Source: Chrysomallon squamiferum (Eukaryota > Animalia > Mollusca). From it: a DNA stretch of 64,000 nt. Position numbers and translations under genes: made by a program. The first letter of the stretch is position 1, and every line of letters starts with the position of its first letter. The stretch spans positions 10,354,001 through 10,418,000 of the forward strand of contig CM022673.1 in NCBI GenBank assembly GCA_012295275.1, given 5' to 3'. A model generated the notes under the pieces. It searched no databases, had not been told where the DNA came from, and saw only the letters and a list, made by a program, of their open reading frames with translations. Positions 1-13,017 of the stretch are shown here, one piece after another.

Positions 1-1679
1 GTATAATTATTTTGGTAAATTAAATATTTATTTCAGAATGAAAAATAAAGACATCCAATATCATATAAAAAATATCAGTTTTAAAAGATTAATCTAGGAA
101 TATAACATTTATATGTGTGTGGTGTGTGTGTGTATGCTGGTACATTTCCATAACAATAACATAATTAAAAAAAAAACAGGTAACTGTTCAAACGATATAG
201 CCATAAATCTTCATGTGATACTTTATTTTAATTAGCAAAGGTTAGTTGTGGTGTCTGTGTAACAACAAAAGGTCACATGACCAAGTCACATTATCTGATA
301 CCATGGTACTATTTAGGGCCCAGGTACAAACCCATGACCTCACAAATTAAGTTAATAATATGTTACTGTTACAGAAAGCTGGCTATGATGAACAGTGGAT
401 TATTTATGTATCTGTGTTAATTATATATATATGTGTGTGTGTTTTGTGAATATATATACATATATAAAACACACACACCTGTAAACAAACACAGATACAC
501 TAAATACATTTACAATATGCATGTATGTGTTTAACATACAAGATATACCCGTGCATAGACTGCATAGATGGTTTTAATATAAACATTTACAGTATATAGA
601 TGTATACTTAGCTTGCAGTGTATCATATTATATAACAGTATATACAAGACTTATGTGCACACTGGTAGTTCTACAGTGGTTTAAGCATGGGCATGTTCAT
701 ATTTATTCTTTATTTATGCAAGTTCATATATTGAAAATGTTAAATATATTGATATAAAAAAATGTTGTTGTAATACAAATTGTGCATTTTGTATTTTGTT
801 TGAATTTCGTTGGTTATGTAAATAAAGTGATATTTTTGTTTCAGCTCAAAATTTTAAAAAAAAAAAAATGGCCAGAAAGCAGATATTCTATGTTACTGAT
901 TTGTTTTATTTCAGACTTTTATTTTTTTTTGTTTTAAAAATAATGTTTTAAAATTGATTAGAATCAAATCAAAGTAATATCTTTATATTCTTTCTTGTTT
1001 CTTTTTTAAAAATTCATCTTTTATTTCCTTAATTATTTTTTAAGATTTCTGTTAATTTTTCATAAACTTGAACTTCAAATGTTTATATTACTTATTACTG
1101 CCTATTTCATAACAATGTTTATTCCAAATTTTTAATAAAAAAAAAAAAAAAAAAAATTTTAAATCTTATTTTGTAAAAAGATATTTCATTTTGTCATTTT
1201 TAACTGGATGGGAAACACTTACAGTCATCTTTGTGAGGTCTGACTTTATTTAAACTGCCCCATGGTGAGTTGACCAATGTCCAGAAGGACTGTTCCTTAT
1301 CTTGGCTTCGCTGTGGCCACTGACCTCTGGAGGTTACAGGGTCCACCCAGGGATATTTATGATGGGGAAGGAGGTGGGTGGGGTGTGATAAGAAAAGATT
1401 AATTTGGGACTAACTTAATGAAGGTTTATCTTGCGTTCAAGCTTAGTTAAGTTTTAGATACGTTTTTTTTGGTTTATTGCTGTGACATGGAGAAAACTTT
1501 GTTTCTTCTGAAATAAAAAAAAAAAAAGAAAGAAAGAATGAATGCAGGATGGAAGGAGAAAAGAATGAATGCAAATGTTAGGAATGAAGGATGGGGGGAA
1601 AGGAGAAAGAAAAATTTACTCTTTAATAAATATGAGAAAGCTTAGTGATGGACTCTAAATAGCAGCTGTTTACTGTTTT

Positions 1680-1930
1680 GGGATCAAACATGTTAGGCAC
1701 ACTATTTTACACTATTTCCCATTCCAACCAAATTATCACAACTCCTTAATCAAATTCTATTGTGTATTTTTTCATAACTATGAGGAGGTGCAAATGAAAG
1801 ACCACTTGCTGTTAATAAAAAAAAAACAAGCAACAAGTCATTGGAGTTGCAGCATAATGGTTGCTTCTCATATTGTATTATTCAGAAATAACAACATTTT
1901 TAACATCGTTTGTGCAAATTATTTATAATT
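1680..1930 (+). mobile_element. Degenerate SINE-like interspersed repeat remnant
   Basis: ggatcaa...tatttcccattccaacca...acaact core is shared with 13978-14120 and, in part, 33030-33060. The resemblance to mollusc tRNA-derived SINEs is from memory and was not searched. Confidence 0.4.
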
Positions 1931-3489
1931 AAACAAATATAGATTCATTTATTCAGTTTCTGCTGTTTAATGGGAAGTTCTGCTTTGGTCTTGGATTTTT
2001 AAAAACATTTTTTAACATACAGATTAACAAAACTGTGGTTTGTACTATCCAATTTATGGGAAGGTTTAGATAATAATCCTTTTCTGCTAAATGTTAATCT
2101 CTTCACTATTGAGGGAGGTGTACAGTACCTATTAGTAAAATTTTAAAATAATTTTGGAAATGAATGATATCAAACTGATGGTTTGTGTTAGATGATAGAA
2201 TTATGATAAATTATACCAGATAATTTTTGTAATAAACTCAATTTATTATGACCAAAAAGTGGTTACTATAGTTGCAGGAGAACTCAGAAATATAAAGATA
2301 CTCAAGATGTTAAGTGTAGCTCTTATGAAGGCAGAGAACTTATTTCACCTTTTCTATCAGTGTTAAATAGAAATTACAGGTGTGTATCACTTAATAATCA
2401 TTAAGGTAAAAACAGGGTTGATTGAATTTTTAAAGAAACATTCCTTCCCTGATGCTAAAAAGGGATCCTCATTTTGATAAAAACAACTTCTATAAGCAAT
2501 CCTCTTCATATCTCAGGTAAATGATTGTTTATTGACACCCCAGCATTACAGGTAAACAAAGTAGCTATTAACAACAGGTAAATTAAGTAGCTATTAGTCA
2601 CAGTTTTGTCAGTTAGTGGATCTAAGTGCAAGGTGTGAGTACTCTGTGAAATTCTTATCAAAGCATTTTTACAGGTGACACTGAGTAAAGACATTCAGAC
2701 ACCTCGTTAACCTGCTAATGCAAACACCTGTAGTAATTTTGTTAACTACAGGTGAGTGGAAAGAGGTTTACATCAGACCTGTGTTATGTAATAAAAGATT
2801 ATAGTGTGATGTAATTAAGTGTTGTGAAAAATGCAGTTTGATGTCAAACTGTTTATTTAAAATATTAAGGGCTTGCAGGGAGTTTAAACATAGATGAAAG
2901 GTTTTTTGAAGGTTGACATGAGAATCAGGTTTTCAGCTGCTGAAGTAATAAATGAATAAATGAATGAATGAATAAATAAATAAAAACACTTATATTATTA
3001 AATTTACTACATCTGGTTTTTGTTTGTGTGTGTGTGAGTGACTAAGTATACAACTATGGATGTATTTCAGTACGAATATTTATATACTTTCTTTCATTAT
3101 CAGTAACAGTTTTACATTCATTTGTGGATGTTTAAGTTATGGCATGTGTGTTGGTATGTTGTGGGATGTGGGTGTGTGTGTGTGGGTGTGTGGAAGAGAG
3201 AGAGAAAGAAAGGGGAAGGAAGGGAAAGAGAGGTTAGACATACTCTGTGTGAATCTATGTTTAAGAATTTTATGGATGTCTGTATGGAAATGTGTGTGCT
3301 TGTCACCAAACACTGTTAAACTGTAAAATTTCACTTACCTAGTCTACACAAATCTTAGTCTACACATATCTTAGTCTACACACTGTGATTTACTTGTATT
3401 AGATTTGAATCACCATCGTCTAATTAGACTAGAGTTTAATGTATCACTTAAATTCATTTATATTAAATCTGAATTAGTTGCAGATCAAA

Positions 3490-3850
3490 CTTAACATTGT
3501 CACTTTTCATAATATCACATTAAAATACAGCTTTTAATGTCACTGGGTAAAATCTAAGTTTTAAAATTATTTTTAAATTCTCACTGAATTAGGCAGGTTA
3601 TCACATTTAGACAACACATACTTACACTGTCACATTTAGACTAGACAGTGTCACTTTTAATATCACATTCAGATCCACCTTTCATGTCACATTTAGAAAA
3701 TGTAGTCACTTTTCATATCCCATTTAGATAACACAGTCATTTTTCATGTCGCCTTTAGAAAATATAGTCACTCTTCATGTCAGACATAGAAAGCATTGTC
3801 ACTTTTTAAATCCTGTTTAGACAACATAGTCATTTTTCATGTCACTTTCA
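3490..3850. repeat. Degenerate minisatellite (gtcacatttaga / gtcacttttcat units)
   Basis: Recurring gtcacatttaga and agtcacttttcatgtc motifs. Confidence 0.75.
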
Positions 3851-4064
3851 GTAAGTTATTATTAGGTCAGTTTAATTTCACATCTCAGATTGTCTTTAAG
3901 CTGGTGATGGTGTCATTTTATTTATCCTATGTTTCTAATCTAAATGTATTTGTTGTCGCATTGTGTAATTATAGTTCTGTTGTGACACAATGTCTGTAAT
4001 TTTACTTGTTGTCACATGAGTATCTGTCTGTATATTACAACTGTCACATCTCTCCACATTTCTC

Positions 4065-4392
4065 TTGTAACATATCTTTAGATATAGTTTGTGACATATC
4101 TTCAGATATATTGTCATGTCTTTAGATATAAATTGTGACATATCTTTAGATACAATGTGGCATATCTATAGATATAAATTCTGATATATCTTTAGATATA
4201 TTGTCGTGTCTTCAGATATATTGTGACATCTTTAGATAAATTATGACATATCTTTAGATATATATTTTGACATATCTTTAGATATATATTGTGACATATC
4301 TATAGATTGTGTAATATCTTTAGATATATACTGTGGCATATCTTTAGATATATACTGTGACATATCTTTAGATATATACTGTCACATGTAAC
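4065..4392. repeat. Minisatellite of ~20-25 bp units (tgtgacatatctttagatata)
   Basis: More than 12 visible tandem units, each with a quasi-palindromic TATCTTTAGATA core. Confidence 0.9.
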
Positions 4393-4720
4393 ATACAGAG
4401 GGTGACATCTTTTTATATATTTCTTTTGTCACTTTTCTAAATATTCTTTTGTCAAAATCTGTACCCTTGATTCTATATTTTTACATGTCTTTATCTGTAC
4501 ATTCATGTGTATGTACATATTTCTAATGTCATCTTTATCTATCTGTATATATACACACACATATATACACACATACACATATATGTGTACTTACATGTGT
4601 GTATGTATGTGTATATAAGTGTATGTATGTGTGTATGTATATATATATATCGCTACTGTCAAATGTCTTGGTGTGTTTTTGTTGTCACATATTTTTACCC
4701 ATGTGTTATTCTCTGACCAG

Positions 4721-4782
4721 ACAAATGGGGTTATCACCAGCAAGGTTTCTGTCAAGCCGGTTTCAGTGCCTCTCTGTCGCAA
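4721..4782 (+). CDS. Integrin alpha exon 1 (numbered within window)
   Basis: ccag|..KWGYHQQGFCQAGFSASLSQ|gtgagt; WGYHxQGxCQAGFS is typical of the PS2 clade. Confidence 0.92.
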
Positions 4783-5876
4783 GTGAGTCCAAAAGACATT
4801 ACTAATACATTAAAACCCAGTTTGTGGTGTCGGTACACGTTCCCCATGTATTTGTGTGTAGTTGTGTGGATAGCATTATCAGACTAATTTTATTAAAAAC
4901 TGCACAGATTTACCTTTAATTAATTAATATAATATAATATATTATTTCATTTGTTTGTTAATTAATTAATTTACTTATTTATTTATTTATTTAATATAAT
5001 ATAATATAATATATATACTTTTTTTACTAATTTATTTATTTATTTAATATAATATAATAAAATATATATACTTTTTTTTACTAATTAATTTATTTATTTA
5101 AATTCAACTTCAGATAAATATTTTTTTTTTTTAGAAGTTATCCAATATTAATTACATTAATGTTAGTTTTTATTAATAAATTTTTATGTATTATTTTAAA
5201 ATTTCTTAAGAAAATAAAATGTATTTTTTTAAAATAATAAATAATAAATAACTTCTTTTCAGTAATAAACTTTAAAACTTTATATATAATATTTATTTCT
5301 TTTTGATACACAAATATTTTATATAATATTAAATTGCTAGTATTAAATCATTATGGGGAACAAGGAAAATTGCATGTCACTGAATACTAATAAAGAAATT
5401 TACTACAAATCATGAACTATTAGTAAAAAATAAATAAATAATTTAATTAAATTTTTTGTATATATGTTATTAGGTATATATAAAACAAATGTTAAAGATA
5501 CAAATATGAAAAATAATGAAAAGCTGTAAGTAGGTAAATAAATTAAAAATAATAATAATTAAAAAATAAAATAAATAGATAAATTCAGATATATACTGCT
5601 ACCATTTGTTATTGAGTACCGTACTGTATCAGTTAGAAGCACTTGTACCTAATATAAAATTTATTTAATTAAATGAAAAATTAATAAATGTAATTAACTT
5701 GCTAATATTTCATGATTTATTGTATCTAGCATAAAAGTACAGCTGCACTATTTCTCTCTGCTTTTCTTTTTTTATTATTATTAAATTTTATTTTGTTTCT
5801 TATTTTTATTTAATTTTAATTTTAATTTTCGTATTTCTACTTTTTCTTAATTAAATATTTTCTTATAAATAAATTA

Positions 5877-5911
<35 letters not shown>

Positions 5912-6690
5912 TTCATCTAAATTAATGTTTGTTAGCCTGTTATCGGTTGTTCTGTTTGTCCATCAGTTTGTCTGTCTGTCTTTTGTTCAAATTACATTTT
6001 GATCTTTAGTCTGTCTTTTTAGTTGTGATCTTTGTTTTAGTTTATTTCAGAATCTTGTTTAGCTTTTTGTTATTATTACATTTATCAGCATCATTTATAA
6101 TAATAATAATTATTATTATTTTTTTTTTTTTTTTTTTTTTATGTGTGTGTGTGTGTAGATGTATATATATTTATTTGTGTGTGTATTTATGTGTGTGTGT
6201 GTGTACACATAACCATTTTGTTTTTATATTTTTATGTTTGTTTTTGTGTTTTTTTGTTTGAAATTTACATTTACACAGTTTCTCTAAATTTTTTTTTTTT
6301 TTCATTTTTTTCATTCAACATTCTTATTTATTTATTTATTTTGTTTATTTATTTTTTGTTTTTATTTATTTACTTATTTATTTTGTTTATTTATTTTCTT
6401 TGTTTATTTTCATGACTTACTGGTGATGATTTGAACTGATAAATTTTGACAAAATATAAACAGGATCACACAGACTTGCCTTGAAATAGATGCATGTTTG
6501 ATTTGAATGCATGGCATGAATTAAGCACACAGAGTAAATATTAGAATATTTAAATAGACAAGTGTGAAGTTTACTTATAACTAATGTTTTGTTTCCATTG
6601 ATTAAAATATACACACAAATAATAACATACATTACACACAAACACAATCACACATTGAATGTTTATGTCTACAATTAGAATGCAATGTAT

Positions 6691-6727
<37 letters not shown>

Positions 6728-6815
6728 TATTATGTAGTAAAGATATTTTGTATTATACAAATTATTAATTTTATTTTATTTTTTATAGTTATATAATATT
6801 GGTATTTTATTTACT

Positions 6816-6880
<65 letters not shown>

Positions 6881-7171
6881 GTTATTGTTATTGTTATAAA
6901 TAACATTTTAAAATTTATTATTTTTATTTTATATATTTAACTTACACTGAATTGCAGTTTTACATGCTTCATTAAGATGTAAAATATTTTTATTTAATAT
7001 ATATATATATACTCAGCAGTTTTAAAAAAAAATCTGTAGCCAATTATATTTGGGTGTATGTATATTGTTAATGAAAAGAGGAAGTACAGAGAAAATAGAA
7101 TATTATTATTACACTATTTACTTATTTCAATATGTCATTATTTTATTTATTTATTTTTTTTTTTTTATTTA

Positions 7172-7210
<39 letters not shown>

Positions 7211-8594
7211 AATATGTAAAACCAGATGGTTGTATCATTGTGGTTATTTTATATCATATTCTGTTATATAATATTTGGAAATATATTACTATTGTTATTA
7301 CATTACAGTAAAATACGGAATGTATAATATATGTAACTGTTGCATGGGCTGCATGGAATTTACTAATCCACCTAGTAACCTATCCATCAACTTCAGAAAA
7401 TAAATTAAAATTAAATTTTACAAAAGATTCTTTGTCATAAAATGTGGAAATAAAAATAAAAATTGATATATTTAATTTTATCTGATGTAATAGTAGATAC
7501 ACTTTTAATATGAAAGTAGAATTTTTAAATTTAAAATTATTTAACACTATAGATATATATAGATATATAGATAAAAATATAGACATATATATTGTTGGTA
7601 TAATCAATTTCAACAAAAGAGAATTGAAGTTGAAATATTATAAACATTTTTAAAAAAAAATTAAGATTATCATCAAAATGATGATAATAGTTATAATCAT
7701 TATCATAATCATCAATATCATTATTTTATTATTATTATTATTTTAAGAACTAAATAAATTTACATTAACAAATTGAATTTTATATTAAATAAAATAAATT
7801 TATTTTATCATAAATATATTTTATTTAATTTGGAAAGTTATGAGTATAAAATTTAGAAGAAAAAGGTTTTTTTTACCTAATAAATTCTCCATTAACTATT
7901 GATAATAAAATTTATGCTATTACACAAATGTTCTATAATTCTTAATCATTTTGTGCTTTCCTAATAATGTTATTTTATTAATGATATACTGTCAAATATT
8001 AAATAATAATAAGGTTAGAATAATTTATTGCTTAAATTGAGATAATAATAATGTTTGAAATACATCCTGTCATCTTGATAATGTATAGTGTTTGCATTAT
8101 ACAGTGTATCTAAATTTGATATCTTATTTACAAGAGATGGTCAACATTATTAAACATTTAAAGATACGAAGTATAGAAACTATGTATCATTATTTGACAT
8201 TATGTGATATGGTGTTTAGAATATATTATCATCATTTCACTTTAGATGGTGTGTTGTTAAGAATATATTATCATTATTTCATTTTAGGTGATGTGTTGTT
8301 TAGAATATATTATCATTTTTCATTTTAGATGATGTGTTGTTAAGAATATATTATCATTTCACTTTAAATGATGTGTTGTTTAGAATATATTATCATCATT
8401 TTACATTGGATGATGGAGATGCTATATATTTCAGGATGGCAGGAATGTTATGATTGCTGCTATTGGAAGCTGGTATTGGCAAGGTGAGATTTTAAACCAT
8501 AAATAAATAACGATGTTAGAAGATAAATAAATGATGTAGTTAGATTTTAGAAAACAAATTTTTCACTGGTGAAACAGGGTTATTTTTAAACATC

Positions 8595-8636
<42 letters not shown>

Positions 8637-8851
8637 GCACACAACAGACACATATGCACATACATGCATACATACATACATACATACATATACACACACA
8701 TACATATATATACACATGCAAACACATATACAGATCCACACTCTCATACACTGTAGAGGGCCAGAATTAGTAGTAGTCATGATACAGTAGTAATACAGTA
8801 TTAGTACTGTTATTATTCTAATATAGTACTATTACTACTACTATGCCATTA

Positions 8852-8886
<35 letters not shown>

Positions 8887-10656
8887 ACAAGTACTACTAA
8901 TAATAATATAGTAATAACAGTAATACTATACTAGTGGTATAACAGTCACAACAATGCTCTATTAGCAATAACAGTATTAGTTGTAGCAGTAACACTATTT
9001 CATTAGTATCTGTGATTTTCAAATGATCTTTAAGTGTATCTTGATACAGAAATATCTCTCTACACGTCATGTTTCAATACTTACAGGTCAGCTCTACAAC
9101 TACAGGATATCTGATGGCTCCTACATTGCCACAGAGGAAGGTGAACCTTCAGAAGATGACACCTACATGGGTAAGACTTGTATTCAGATCTATCTGTGAA
9201 TTATGACAAACCAAATTAGATAAACAATACAAGGATACAAAATATTTTCAGTTGAGACTGTGTCAAATATTTTCACATACAGCTATGTAAAATTGTTTTC
9301 AGGAAATATTTTCAATTATAACTGTATAAAATTGATTATTTTCTGTGTAAATAATAAAAAAAAAATTTCAGTCATGTGATTTGAAATATTTATAACTATA
9401 TCTATTGAAATTTAAAAAAAACTTAAATCATGAATTTGTGTTTGATAAAAAATAAATAAATAAATAATATTTTCATCTTGTATCTATGTAAAATATTTTC
9501 AGTTGTATCTATGCAAATATACTTCCAGTTAAATGATACACTCTCAAGTAATATTTAAAACAATCCATTTTCTCTTTTGACATAAAAAAAAAATATGTAA
9601 GTTTTTCATTAAAGAAAGGTTATTTGCCTTCCACTGAGGTCTCAAGGTATATTGTAGGTGTGTCTGTGAATTGTCATGTGTTAACACTTATTTTATAAAA
9701 CATTTGATAAACAGCCTTTACTTTGAAATGAACAAGAAAAAAAAGAAATAAACAACAACTGAATGTGTAATTGTATTAGGAGAATAAGTTTTAAATCCAT
9801 TTTATATGTCTCCAAGTGATATATCTTTGTTGATAATTAAAGTATGACCAGAACAAACCTGCGAAGATTCATTTGCTTCTAGTTTCTGATCTTTCATGAC
9901 ATCATTTTGTAAATAATGATGCAGATTTGTTTTTAAAAAAAATCAAGACCTAATTAATATATTATTTTATCCAGAGATTTTAAATACGTGCTAAACTTTC
10001 TCAGTATCAATAAATTTGACTTCACGAACTTGTTGTTTAAAAAACACAAGTTTCAATTACATTCAACCAGTTCAGTTCTCTTTAGTTTTTGAGCTTTTTT
10101 TTTTTTTTTACAAAATGGCTGATCATTTGTTATTATACTCATTAGGGTGAAAGATTGGCCATCACGAAATTTCCTTTATTGATCATTGCAGTGGTAGAGA
10201 TCAAACCTCTGCTATTACCGCAAATTTGACCAGCTTCCTTGAAACCCAAGAATGGGTGATTACTGTTGTCATAGCGACATGCTTCATCTTCTTCCAATAA
10301 TTGTTCACTTGATACAGTACCAAGGCTCTTTGACTTTAAGTTAATTCTTATTTTCTTTTAAAGATTTCTTCTTTTTTTTTTTTTCCCCTGGTTAAAGTTT
10401 TTATCTGCTGAACATGTTCTTTGTAAGTTATTGGGACCTGGAAGAGGTTAAATTAAGAGAAGCAGAAACGAGTTTGATTTGTTTTATGGATGAGATGGGT
10501 GTTCTGTTTGTTTGATGGAGCAGATGTCAGTTGTGTGTAGCAGAAGTGAACAAAAGTACTTCTGGTTTTTTCTTTCTCTTTTTTTCTTTTTTGTTCTATA
10601 TCTTTTTGTTCTTTTTTTTTAATCTTTCCACCTTTCTATTATCTACTCAGGTCTGT

Positions 10657-10695
<39 letters not shown>

Positions 10696-12969
10696 GCCAC
10701 ACAAGAAGAAATGTTGTTTTTCAAGTTATGGAAGATGATACAAGTAACATCTTTTTTGCTACAAGAAAGATTTCTTACAAAATATGTTGTTGAGGGTTTT
10801 TTTAACAAAAAAAAAGAACAGTGAAAATGATGTATTACCAGCAAAAACTGATCTTAAAATATCTTTTAAAATGCAACTGCAGAAAAAGAGATACGGTAGA
10901 TTGTTTCAGCTCCAATAAAAATTCTTTACAAAAAGATTTCAGTTTAAAGAGAAAAACAAAAAGTAAATAAGGTTTTAGTTTAACAAAATTTCAGAAAGAG
11001 TAAAAATGAGTATTTCAAAAAAAACACAACAAAAATTAACTTCTTAAACTGTAAGACATTTATCTTAGCTAGACAAAGAAAACTTAATTTTTTTTTATTC
11101 ATTTTAATTTTTCTTTTCTACCATTGTTTTGTAATCAAAAAAAAAAATCAAATTCAAAAAGTATTTTTAATGTGGTAAACTTCTAAATACTCTGGTTGTG
11201 AAATGTCTGAGAAGAAAAAAGCACTCTTGCTGTCAAATGAATAAATATTTTTGTTGTGTAGTTTTCTGTGAATTATGCGTTCATTCGCTTACTTGGTCTA
11301 CCAGTTAACTGTTCACTCATTCAGTCCAACCGTCCATCCATTTGTATGACAGTTTATCTGTCAGTGAGATATTTCATTCATTCAGTTATTCATTCAATTA
11401 GTCAGTTTATTAACAAATTGGTCGTTTGTTCAGTCCACCTATCTGCCTATCAGTGAGGTATTCTATTCATTCATTCATGGACTGATCAATACATCTATTC
11501 ATTCAGCAGTTCAGTTAGTGAATTTTCACATTTGAACATTGAGTTAGGCAATCAGTCTATCAGCTAACTGGATTTTTATTTATTCCTTCCATTTGTCTGT
11601 TAGTCAGTCTATCAATTAAGTGGTCATTCATTCATTCATCTATCTATCCATCCATCCATCCATCTGTCAGTCTTTCTGTCTGTCAATGAAATACTTGGGC
11701 AGGTCAGTCGTACTGCCCTCCTATGAAAACACACATTCACACATTTATCTGTGACTCAGCAAATTACTTTTCTCTGATGTTTATTTTTGGACGTGTGTAT
11801 TTATGGAAACTCCCACCAGCTTTATCAGGAGCACCATCAGATTTGCAATGTATTAACAGTTTGTTTTTCTTGTTTGTCCAGGTTATTCAAGTGCTGTTGG
11901 TGACTTTGATGGAGATAGGGTGGATGGTAAGTAGTTTTTTTTTTTTTTTTTTTTAAATTAAGTAAATAAAATTATATTTAAAAAAAAAATAAAAAAAAAA
12001 AAACAGTCAAAATGTTATCAGTGTTTCTGATGTCTGTTTTTGTGTGGGGGTATGTGTGCATCTGTGAGTGTGTATATGTGTATTGTTTGTTTAGTGTGTG
12101 TGTGTGTGTGTGTGAATAAGTGTGTATATGTGTGTATTGTTTGTGTGTGCTAGTGTGTGTGTCTGTGTGTATGTGTGTGTGTGTTATTTGTGTTTGACAC
12201 TCTGGATTAGTCTTTTTAATGTTTTTCATAATTTTTTTTTTTTTTTTTTTTTTTGTATTCCCCTCTTCTAAAGTCAATAAATAACTTATCTGACAAAAAT
12301 AAAAACAGTTTGTTAGTGTAATTATTAATATTACTGAACTTAAATTAATTAGAAAAATGACGGACTCTCTCTCTCCTTTCTGTATCATCCTTACACCTCT
12401 AATTTGTTTTTCATCTTTCACTTTCTTTCTCACTCTTTTCCGTATAACTTTCATTTTTTTACCCCTTTCCTTCCTTCCTTCCTTCCTTCCTTCTTTTCTT
12501 CCTTCCATCATCCAGACCTTATTTTGTCTAATAATTCTTAAACAAGAAACACATTCATAAAGCATCTTCGAAATGACAAAACAGTCTCCAGCAGACAGCC
12601 ATCTGGAGGTTGTGTCTGAAGCAAGCGTCTGCTGGCAGAACTGATGTATGACTATCAACTATCTCCATGTATGACTATCAACTATCTGTCTGTATGCAGG
12701 CAGGAAGAGTAACATTGCGTCTTGGGTTTCTTATCATCCAGGTGATATTTTCTGACCCTTCCAAGCAGAAGCCTTGATGAAGCCAAGTCGATGTTCATAA
12801 GCTGGGAGGATTTAGGAATCAGATTACTATCGGTTAATTTGGGAATGGGATGGTAGAATGAGTTTTGTCCAGTTCTGGACAGGTGTGGAAATTCCTGATG
12901 AGGTGGTGTCTGTGTGTGTGTGTAAAGGTTGGATATTGAATTGTGTGTGTGTGTGTGTGTGTGTGTTGG

Positions 12970-13017
<48 letters not shown>

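Noticed and set aside
1-4720. Further upstream integrin exons (signal peptide, blades 1-2)
   Set aside because: No recognisable FG-GAP coding segment was found; these exons probably lie before the window.
9171-11881. Mutually exclusive alternative (X1/X2-type) to integrin exon 3
   Set aside because: No paralogous exon ending in Y(L/M)G|gt with an open frame was found; a candidate near 10192-10255 has an in-frame stop.
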